Virus record (IMG/VR): IMGVR_UViG_3300047440_000041
Coordinates: 1 to 25,547 of that record
Strand: one strand, 5' to 3'
Length of the DNA: 25,547 nt
From: a virus
Taxonomy: Duplodnaviria > Caudoviricetes
This document shows, in pieces, positions 8,484 to 15,853 of this stretch (position 1 is the first letter of the stretch; every line of letters starts with the position of its first letter). A program made the position numbers and the translations under genes. Under the pieces are notes generated by a model, which saw only the letters and a list, made by a program, of their open reading frames with translations, made no database searches and was not told where the DNA came from.

Positions 8484-9010
8484 TCATCGATTCTGAGGCA
8501 TATTTTGAGCATCACGGCGTCAAGGGCATGAAGTGGGGTGTCCGTAACGCTGGAGGGCGAGGAACACAAAGAGCCGCTCGCAAGGATGCCGAAGAATTTG
8601 CCAGAGCTAAGGCATATTACGGTAAGGGTGCTGGTACGCGTCGAAAGCTGATAAATCAAACGGTCGCGGATCGAAGTAAGCGCGATCCAGAGTATAAAGC
8701 AGCCTTTGAGAAGCATCTTGGACAACAGAAGCAGTCCGAGCATGTTAAGAAAGCAATTAAGCAGCGTAACCGAACTGATACCACCGAACGCACAAAGCAG
8801 AGGGCATCATTTTTAGCGCGGCACGTTACACAGCAGCAAGGAACACAGGCCGCAATTATGGCATTAGGTCTTGGCGCGGTTGCATTTTTGGGTAGCCCAA
8901 AAGGTCGTGAAATTCTGAAGAAGTCGACATCTAAGCTTACCGATGCTGCAAATGAAGTAAAGCGTAGGCAAGGGGCAAGGAAAATCAACGAGTGGTTGAA
9001 TAGTGCTTGA
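8480..9010 (+). CDS. HHGxKGMxWGVR-tag protein 2 (very basic, one hydrophobic segment)
   Basis: N-terminus YFEHHGVKGMKWGVRN. ATGA overlap with terL. Confidence 0.8.
   Translation: MIIDSEAYFEHHGVKGMKWGVRNAGGRGTQRAARKDAEEFARAKAYYGKGAGTRRKLINQTVADRSKRDPEYKAAFEKHLGQQKQSEHVKKAIKQRNRTDTTERTKQRASFLARHVTQQQGTQAAIMALGLGAVAFLGSPKGREILKKSTSKLTDAANEVKRRQGARKINEWLNSA
8505..8547 (+). repeat. Perfect 43-bp direct repeat, copy 1 (encodes EHHGVKGMKWGVR)
   Basis: TTGAGCATCACGGCGTCAAGGGCATGAAGTGGGGTGTCCGTAA, identical to 9034-9076. Confidence 0.95.
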
Positions 9011-9911
9011 GAATGCCGTCGTAGACGATTTTCTTGAGCATCACGGCGTCAAGGGCATGAAGTGGGGTGTCCGTAATGATCGAAAGTCTTCTGGCTCTAG
9101 CCCTAAAGTTAGAAAGGCAGGCGGTAATGAGGATTTAGCTGCGTTTGCCCCACTAGCGGCTATGGGACTTGCTCTTGCTTTAACAACCTCTGTATCCAAT
9201 ACAATACAGAGTGGTAATGGGCGTCGTCTCACAGAAAAAGGTAAGAATTTCGTTACCTTTCGTATGAGCAAGAACAAGGATCCGTTCAAGAAGGATCCTG
9301 AACTTGCAAAAGACATGAGCGTTGATGAGCTATATTCTAAGGTTGTAAAGCCAATTAATAAGGGTTATCCACATGCGATTGGCAGTAAGATGAACTGTCG
9401 TCGAGCAACATTTGCCTATGAAATGCGTAGACGCGGAGTAGATGTAGCTGCTACTAGAACCACAAATTCTCGTGGGCAGGACGTATTTGGCGTTTACAAC
9501 GCGACTCATCCTGGCGAGAAGCGTATGAAGGGCGGCACAAGCGGCGCCATCAAGATGCTTCGTAAGGAACGCAACCAAGTAGATAAGCCTTGGACTACTA
9601 AGATTCAGTCTAAGTCTCTCGGAGAGAATCCCCTTGATCTAAAGGACATGCACAAAGGGTTTTCTAAGATGCCGCCTGGTTCTCGCGGAGAGATGGAAAT
9701 TTCCTGGAAGATGGGCGGTCTTCACAGCGTTGCTTGGGAAAATGTTCATGGGAACGTTGTCGTATTTGATACCCAGAACGGTCGTCAGTACAAAAACAAG
9801 AAAGAAATTAATGAAATGGCAAAGACGCTCAACGGGGCTGGAATTACCCGGCTTGATAACAAACCACTAAACAACGACTATCTAATGAGGTGGGTCAAGG
9901 ATGCTAACTAG
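9003..9911 (+). CDS. HHGxKGMxWGVR-tag protein 3 with C-terminal papain-fold (Tox-PL/glutamine deamidase-like) domain
   Basis: Tag at the N-terminus. NC132RRATFAYEMRRRG, GSRG...W..GGLH241S and VVVFD256TQNG match the Cys-His-Asp/Gln layout of Tox-PL-type domains. Confidence 0.75.
   Translation: MLENAVVDDFLEHHGVKGMKWGVRNDRKSSGSSPKVRKAGGNEDLAAFAPLAAMGLALALTTSVSNTIQSGNGRRLTEKGKNFVTFRMSKNKDPFKKDPELAKDMSVDELYSKVVKPINKGYPHAIGSKMNCRRATFAYEMRRRGVDVAATRTTNSRGQDVFGVYNATHPGEKRMKGGTSGAIKMLRKERNQVDKPWTTKIQSKSLGENPLDLKDMHKGFSKMPPGSRGEMEISWKMGGLHSVAWENVHGNVVVFDTQNGRQYKNKKEINEMAKTLNGAGITRLDNKPLNNDYLMRWVKDAN
9034..9076 (+). repeat. Perfect 43-bp direct repeat, copy 2
   Basis: Identical to 8505-8547; the flanks diverge immediately downstream. 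Confidence 0.95.
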
Positions 9912-10155
9912 TGCAGAAGCGACAGCCGTAGTAAAGAAGAACCATCCTTTCGGTGCGATTCAATCATTCATCGAGTATCAAGATCTCTATATTTTTCAGG
10001 TTTTCAACAATAGGCCTGGTGAAGAGCAATTCGATCCGTTCTTCTCGGTTGATAAGAACACGGGCAAGTTTGCAGAGTTCTCAATCATTACCGATGGTGA
10101 TACGGAAGTTATTGTCAACTTGTTCCTTGAAGCACAGCAAAGGAGGGTTACGTGA
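9901..10155 (+). CDS. Putative immunity/inhibitor protein (Imm35/YrhB/PepSY-like)
   Basis: 84 aa, acidic, overlaps the toxin-like gene by 11 nt and lacks the tag. N-terminal helix LTSAEA, then beta strands and an FSVDKNTG motif. Confidence 0.55.
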   Translation: MLTSAEATAVVKKNHPFGAIQSFIEYQDLYIFQVFNNRPGEEQFDPFFSVDKNTGKFAEFSIITDGDTEVIVNLFLEAQQRRVT

Positions 10156-10646
10156 TCATCGACCAAGAATTATATGTAGAGCACTACGGAAAAAAGGGCA
10201 TGCATTGGGGAGTCCGCAATACAACACCAAGAACCAAGGAACAGCAGCAGAAACGTGATAAGCGGGTAAAGACAGCAAAGAAAGTTGCTGTTGGCGTCGG
10301 TGGAGGAGCTTTAGCTATTGGCGCAGCGTTTGCCTTGCGGCACTTTGCCTTGAAGAAAGGCCTGAAAGTTGCGGACGCGGAACTAAGAGCTGATACATTT
10401 AACAAATCTAAACTTCTATTTGACCGAAGCGCAGACATTAAGATTAATACTATTAATAGGTTCGCTAAGAATGAGGGAATTAATAGTCTTAGTCATCCAA
10501 AGGCAGAAAGCGTATGGAAAAAGATCGACGCCGTTAACACTGAACGAGATAATAAGGTTACGCTTGCTAGACTAAATGCCATGACACAGCCGAAGATGTC
10601 AAAGGCGGCTTATAAGATTAAGCGCAAAGGGCGACTATATCCTTAA
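10152..10646 (+). CDS. HYGxKGMxWGVR-tag protein 4 (basic, one hydrophobic segment)
   Basis: AGGAGG RBS and GTGA overlap. N-terminus MIIDQELYVEHYGKKGMHWGVRN. Confidence 0.8.
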   Translation: MIIDQELYVEHYGKKGMHWGVRNTTPRTKEQQQKRDKRVKTAKKVAVGVGGGALAIGAAFALRHFALKKGLKVADAELRADTFNKSKLLFDRSADIKINTINRFAKNEGINSLSHPKAESVWKKIDAVNTERDNKVTLARLNAMTQPKMSKAAYKIKRKGRLYP

Positions 10647-10669
10647 ATTACAGAAGGAGGTGATACATC

Positions 10670-11917
10670 TTGCCAGTGATTGATAGATTCAAGAAAGTAT
10701 GGAACGCTTTTCGATATAACGATGCTAAGCGTGATGATTATAGCTATAGCATCGGCCCTCCATCTTATGGGACCCGCCCAGATCGTGTGACGCTTCGATA
10801 TTTCAATGAGCGTTCCATCGTCTCTGCTATTTACACAAGAATCAGCATTGACGTTTCGGATCTCCTCCTTAGGCATATCAAGATCGATGATCAGGGTCGT
10901 TATTCAGAGGATGTTGATAGTGTTCTCAATCGAACGCTTACTTTAGAACCAAACCTTGACCAGTCACCGCGCGCGTTCAGGCAAGACATTGCGATGACGT
11001 TGTTTGACAAGGGGAGTGCGGCGGTTGTTCCTGTAGACATTGGAACTGATCCGACAAAGTCTGAGGGATTTGACATTTATACACTGCGTGTTGGGGACGT
11101 CGTAGGTTGGCATCCTAAGCACGTTCGGATTAATCTTTATAATGAGCAAAAGGGTGTTCGTCAAGAGATTGTTCTTGAAAAGCGCTTTGTAGCAATCGTT
11201 GAGAATCCTTTCTATGCAGTAATGAATGAACCGAACTCAACTCTTCAAAGATTGATCCGTAAGCTTGGACTTCTTGACCAGATCGATGAGCAGTCAGGGT
11301 CTGGGAAGCTTGACATTATCATTCAGCTTCCTTACGTGATCAAGTCTGAAGCCAGACGCCAGCAGGCAGAGCAGAGGCGGGAGGACATCGAGTTCCAGCT
11401 CTCGGGCAGCAAGTATGGCATTGCCTATACCGACGGCACCGAGAAGATTACCCAGCTCAACCGTCCCGCCGAGAACAACCTACTATCCCAGGTGGAGTAC
11501 CTCACCGAGCTACTGTACTCCCAACTGGGCATTACCAAAGAGGTAATGGACGGCACTGCTGACGAAAAGGCAATGATCAACTACTTTAATAGGACCATCG
11601 AGCCAATCGCCGATGCAATCGTCCAGTCTATGCAGAGAGCATTCATTGGCCCTATTGGTACAGCCAATGGTAATCGAATCCAGTACTTCCGAGATCCCTT
11701 CAAGCTCGTTCCTGTCAATGAGATTGCAGACATTGCCGACAAGTTTGTTCGTAATGAGATCTTGACAAAGAATGAGATCAGAGGATTCATGGGGATTCCT
11801 CCTTCTACTGACCCTAAAGCTGATCAACTTACAAATCCGAACATGCCACAGCCTAACCAACAGGTTGAACAGCCTAGTGGCTTAGCTCTTGAAAGGACCA
11901 GTCAAAATGGAAGCTGA
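10670..11917 (+). CDS. Portal protein
   Basis: 415 aa between terL and the protease. AAGGAGGT RBS. HK97-like portal features (L.LEPNLDQ, TIEPI..AI, EILTKNEIR..MG.PP). Confidence 0.9.
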   Translation: MPVIDRFKKVWNAFRYNDAKRDDYSYSIGPPSYGTRPDRVTLRYFNERSIVSAIYTRISIDVSDLLLRHIKIDDQGRYSEDVDSVLNRTLTLEPNLDQSPRAFRQDIAMTLFDKGSAAVVPVDIGTDPTKSEGFDIYTLRVGDVVGWHPKHVRINLYNEQKGVRQEIVLEKRFVAIVENPFYAVMNEPNSTLQRLIRKLGLLDQIDEQSGSGKLDIIIQLPYVIKSEARRQQAEQRREDIEFQLSGSKYGIAYTDGTEKITQLNRPAENNLLSQVEYLTELLYSQLGITKEVMDGTADEKAMINYFNRTIEPIADAIVQSMQRAFIGPIGTANGNRIQYFRDPFKLVPVNEIADIADKFVRNEILTKNEIRGFMGIPPSTDPKADQLTNPNMPQPNQQVEQPSGLALERTSQNGS

Positions 11918-13766
11918 TTTCAGCGGCTACGCCACAAAGGCGGGGCTTAAGTGCACCGATGGGCGAACCATCATGCCCGATGCTTTTAAGCATCAGGACA
12001 AGATGAAGGTTCCGCTCGTGTGGCAGCACGGTCATGGGGACCCCGAAAACGTCCTCGGCCACGCGATTCTTGAGAACCGTAACGATGGCGTGTACGCCTA
12101 CGGCTACTTCAATGATTCCGCGAAGGCCACGCATGCTCACAGTCTTCTTGAGCATGATGACATCACGCAGATGTCGATTTGGGCAAATGATCTTATCGAG
12201 CGGGCAGGGCGAGTTCTTCACGGAGCCATTCGTGAGGTCAGCCTTGTACTTTCCGGCGCGAACCCAGGCGCTCTAATTGAGAATGTTACTATTCGACATT
12301 CTGATGGTGATGAAATGACTCTTGACAACGAAGCCATCATCTATACGGGTATCGAGATTGAGCATGAGGAATTCTATCATGCCGATGACGACGAAGATGA
12401 ACTTGTGCATGCTGACGACACGGGTGACGATGAGACCATCCAGGACGTCTATGACTCTATGAGTGACAAGCAGAAGCAGGTTCTTCATTTCATGGTCGGC
12501 GAGGCTCTTTCACAGAGCGAATCCGACACCGCGGCACAAGACAACATGAGTCATGACAACACCGATCAGGAAGGTAACAAGATGACCCGCAACGTTTTCG
12601 AGCAGGGCGATGAGACCAAGGACAAGACGCCCGTTCTCGCGCATTCAGACATGAAGGAGATCGTCGCCGACGCGACCAAGACGGGCTCCCTCAAGGAAGC
12701 TGTCGAGAACTATGCCCTCGCGCATGGTATCAACCAGATCGACACCCTGTTCCCCGAGGCCAAGGCTCTCACCACGACTCCGGAGTTCTACGGTCGTCGT
12801 ACAGAGTGGGTCAACTCGGTTCTCAATGGTGCGAGCAAGACCCCATTCAGCCGCGTGAAGACCCACTGGGCCGATCTCACGTATGATGACGCCCGCGCCA
12901 AGGGTTACATCACGGGGAACGTGAAGACCGAGGAGTTCTACGGAACAGCTCGACGCGAAACCGCCCCTCAGACCATCTACAAGAAGCAGAAGCTCGATCG
13001 TGATGACATCATTGACATCACCGACTTCGATGTGGTCTCGTGGATGAAGGGTGAGATGCGGATCATGCTTGACGAGGAACTCGCGCGCGCGATCCTTATT
13101 GGCGATGGCCGTACTGCTCCAGACCCGGATCAGATCCTGCCTGATCGTATTCGTCCGATCGCCACGGATGACCCGCTGTTCGCCATCCCAGTCCTGTGCG
13201 ACCTCGCGGCTGGCGGTATTGACGCATTTGTTGATGCTGTTGTCCAGTACCGTGCGCAGTACCGTGGAACGGGTACGCCTACGCTCTACACCAGCGAGGC
13301 CCTTATCGCTCAGGTCATGCTCCTCAAGGACACGACTGGCCGACGGATCTACACCTCTCTGGAGCAGTTTGCTTCCGAGATCCGTGTTTCTTCTGTTGTC
13401 CCGGTTGACGTCTTTGATCCGGCTGCTGGTAGCCCGCTCGCGATCATCGTCAACATGAACGACTACACCATCGGCGCCGACAAGGGTGGCCAGGTCTCGA
13501 TGTTCGATGACTTCGATATCGACTACAACCAGTACAAGTACCTGATTGAGACGCGTTGCTCCGGCGCTCTCACCAAGCTGAAGTCGGCTATCATTGTCCG
13601 TCAGGGCACCTTCGTTCCTCCGCCTGCTGGCACTGTGCACGCGATCGTGCCCGAGCCGCCGAACGCCCGTCAGAGTGTCCCGCCGCAGCATGGGTCCCTC
13701 CCTGACACTGGTGGAACCACTGGAGCCGCCACGGCCAAGGGTAAGCATTCTTCAGAAGAGTCCTAA
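11907..13766 (+). CDS. Fused prohead protease - acidic scaffold - HK97-fold major capsid protein
   Basis: GAAAGGA RBS and ATG 11907. Protease motifs VPLVWQHGH, MSIWAN and IREVSLVLSGANPGA. Acidic linker, then capsid region with EELARAILIGDGR and FDIDYNQYKYLIETR. Confidence 0.9.
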   Translation: MEADFSGYATKAGLKCTDGRTIMPDAFKHQDKMKVPLVWQHGHGDPENVLGHAILENRNDGVYAYGYFNDSAKATHAHSLLEHDDITQMSIWANDLIERAGRVLHGAIREVSLVLSGANPGALIENVTIRHSDGDEMTLDNEAIIYTGIEIEHEEFYHADDDEDELVHADDTGDDETIQDVYDSMSDKQKQVLHFMVGEALSQSESDTAAQDNMSHDNTDQEGNKMTRNVFEQGDETKDKTPVLAHSDMKEIVADATKTGSLKEAVENYALAHGINQIDTLFPEAKALTTTPEFYGRRTEWVNSVLNGASKTPFSRVKTHWADLTYDDARAKGYITGNVKTEEFYGTARRETAPQTIYKKQKLDRDDIIDITDFDVVSWMKGEMRIMLDEELARAILIGDGRTAPDPDQILPDRIRPIATDDPLFAIPVLCDLAAGGIDAFVDAVVQYRAQYRGTGTPTLYTSEALIAQVMLLKDTTGRRIYTSLEQFASEIRVSSVVPVDVFDPAAGSPLAIIVNMNDYTIGADKGGQVSMFDDFDIDYNQYKYLIETRCSGALTKLKSAIIVRQGTFVPPPAGTVHAIVPEPPNARQSVPPQHGSLPDTGGTTGAATAKGKHSSEES

Positions 13767-13788
13767 ACCGATTAAGGGGATCGTTCTG

Positions 13789-14127
13789 ATGGCAAGATTC
13801 CATGGAGAAGTTGGCTATGGTGATTCTGTAGAAACGCCCCCAGGCTCTGGTATTTGGAAGGATACTGTCACCGAATTTGAGTACTATGGTGATGTTATTC
13901 GTAATACCAGGAAGCTTGAAAGCGGTGAAGGTCTTAACGATGACATTACCGTTGGTAATTCAATCAGCATCGTAGCAGACCAATACGCCATCGAACATTT
14001 CTTCTATATTCGGTACATTCGATGGGAGGGGGTGCTATGGACTGTCAGAGATGTTGAAGTCCGTAGCCCCCGTCTCGTCCTGAGTCTCGGGAAGGTCTAC
14101 AATGGCCCTACGCCTGGATCTTCATAA
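13789..14127 (+). CDS. Putative head closure/head-tail joining protein
   Basis: AAGGGG RBS and ATG 13789, in frame with track ORF 13594..14127. Beta-rich, directly follows the capsid gene. Confidence 0.65.
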   Translation: MARFHGEVGYGDSVETPPGSGIWKDTVTEFEYYGDVIRNTRKLESGEGLNDDITVGNSISIVADQYAIEHFFYIRYIRWEGVLWTVRDVEVRSPRLVLSLGKVYNGPTPGSS

Positions 14128-14401
14128 ACTGTTGCTTGGTATTTCAGGTAATGTATATTTTCAGCCACCGGCAACAATAGAGCTGGTGTACCCTTGTATT
14201 ATCTACAAGCGAGACTTCGAAAGCACCGAATTTGCGGATAACGGTCCGTACAAGAGAAAGAAACGCTACCAGGTAACGGTCATTGATCGTAATCCAGATA
14301 GTCCTATCCCGGACAAGATCGCTGATCTTCCACTATGCGTTTACGATCGGTTTTACACCGCTGACAATCTAAATCACGATGTATACAACCTCTTCTTCTG
14401 A
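14102..14401 (+). CDS. Putative tail terminator/completion protein
   Basis: NVYFQPP....YPCIIY and YQVTVID motifs. Directly precedes the major tail gene. Confidence 0.7.
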   Translation: MALRLDLHKLLLGISGNVYFQPPATIELVYPCIIYKRDFESTEFADNGPYKRKKRYQVTVIDRNPDSPIPDKIADLPLCVYDRFYTADNLNHDVYNLFF

Positions 14402-14413
14402 AGGAGCAAAGAC

Positions 14414-15277
14414 ATGTCCACCCTCGTTTGGGACCAGACGGGCCAGCGTTTCTATGAAACTGGCGTCGATCACGGGGTCCTTTACCTTCCCGACGCGTTC
14501 GGTGCCTACACTCAGGGCGTTGCTTGGAACGGTCTCACGACCGTCACCGAGTCGCCGACTGGCGCCGAGCCCAACGCTCAGTATGCGGACAACATCAAGT
14601 ACCTGAACCTCTACTCGGCCGAGGAATTCGGTGCGACGATTGAGGCTTTCACCTATCCTGATGAGTTCCAGGCCTTTGATGGTCTTGGGGTTCCTGTTCC
14701 TGGCGTCACTGTTGGCCAGCAGTCTCGTAAGGCTTTCGGCCTTTCGTACCGGACCAAGATTGGTAACGATCTTGACGGCGACGATCATGGCTACAAGCTT
14801 CATCTCATCTACGGCGCCACTGCCAGCCCGTCCGAGAAGGCCTACAACACTGTCAATGACTCGCCCGAGGCGATTACCTTTAGCTGGGAGGTCTCCACCA
14901 TCCCGGTGGCGGTCACCGGCCTCAAGCCTACCTCGGTCCTGACCATCAACTCCACCGATGTGACCCCAGCCAACCTGGCAACCCTAGAGGGGCTTCTGTA
15001 CGGCACCGCGGGCACCGACCCGTCCCTGCCACTCCCCGACTCGGTGATCTCCATCTTCACCGGTGGTAGCGTCCTGGTCGTTCCGGTTGCACCTACTGCG
15101 GTTGGTAACGTTGTTACCATCCCCGCCGTTACTGGCGTTACTTACTATGTTGAGGGCTCTCCGGTTGCCGCCGGTGCTCTCACCATCACCGAGGACACCG
15201 TCGTTACCGCTCGTGCTGATTCGGGTCACCACTTCCCGCCGGTCACTGATGACGATTGGTTCTTCCCCTTTACTTGA
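14414..15277 (+). CDS. Major tail (tube) protein with C-terminal Ig-like extension
   Basis: AAGGAG RBS. WDQ.G.R.YETGVD.GVLY, AWNGLT, AFTYPDEF and GYKLHLIY motifs. Val/Thr/Pro-rich C-terminal domain. Confidence 0.85.
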   Translation: MSTLVWDQTGQRFYETGVDHGVLYLPDAFGAYTQGVAWNGLTTVTESPTGAEPNAQYADNIKYLNLYSAEEFGATIEAFTYPDEFQAFDGLGVPVPGVTVGQQSRKAFGLSYRTKIGNDLDGDDHGYKLHLIYGATASPSEKAYNTVNDSPEAITFSWEVSTIPVAVTGLKPTSVLTINSTDVTPANLATLEGLLYGTAGTDPSLPLPDSVISIFTGGSVLVVPVAPTAVGNVVTIPAVTGVTYYVEGSPVAAGALTITEDTVVTARADSGHHFPPVTDDDWFFPFT

Positions 15278-15295
15278 TAGCTAGGAGACCAAAGA

Positions 15296-15838
15296 ATGCT
15301 CAGGCTAATCTTGATTGGCGACGAATACTTCGATGAGGTTGTCAATGAGTTCACAACTGTCGGAGATGTAACTTTAGACCTTGAGCATTCTTTGGTTTCA
15401 CTGTCAAAATGGGAGTCGATTTACCAAAAGCCTTTCTTGGCTCCTGGTGAGAAAACTTCCGAAGAAACCATTGGGTACATCCGAGCTATGATTATTACTC
15501 CGGATGTTCCTGATGAAGTCTTTAATAGACTTTCTCAGAAGGAATTAGATCGTATTCGAGACTACATTGAGTCTAAAGAGTCGGCCACAAGCTTTGGTAT
15601 GATGCCGCAAAGTACTGGCCGCGGCGAGGTGATTACTTCTGAGTTAATCTATTACTGGATGGTAGCGTTCAACATCCCGTTCGAGTGCGAGACTTGGCAT
15701 TTGAATCGGCTCTTCGCGTTAATTCGAATCTGCAACGTGAAGAACTCGAAGCCGAGGAAGATGTCAAAGCATGAGGTCGCAACTAGGAACAGAGAGTTGA
15801 ATGCAAGGAGAAGGTCGGAACTCGGAACTGCAGGGTGA
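15296..15838 (+). CDS. Putative tail assembly chaperone
   Basis: AGGAG RBS, directly follows the major tail gene, helical, LEHSLVSLSKWES and WHLNRL motifs. Confidence 0.6.
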   Translation: MLRLILIGDEYFDEVVNEFTTVGDVTLDLEHSLVSLSKWESIYQKPFLAPGEKTSEETIGYIRAMIITPDVPDEVFNRLSQKELDRIRDYIESKESATSFGMMPQSTGRGEVITSELIYYWMVAFNIPFECETWHLNRLFALIRICNVKNSKPRKMSKHEVATRNRELNARRRSELGTAG

Positions 15839-15853
15839 CAGAGAGGAGGCTAA

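Noticed and set aside
8505-9076. 43-bp repeat as CRISPR repeat, att site or IS end
   Set aside because: Only two copies 529 bp apart, both in frame within coding tags, and no cas, integrase or transposase in the window.
12645-13748. Long minus-strand ORFs (12645..13748, 7164..7919, 21557..22618, 4227..4892, 23018..23647)
   Set aside because: These are antisense shadows of strongly biased + strand genes, with no recognisable motifs or RBS.
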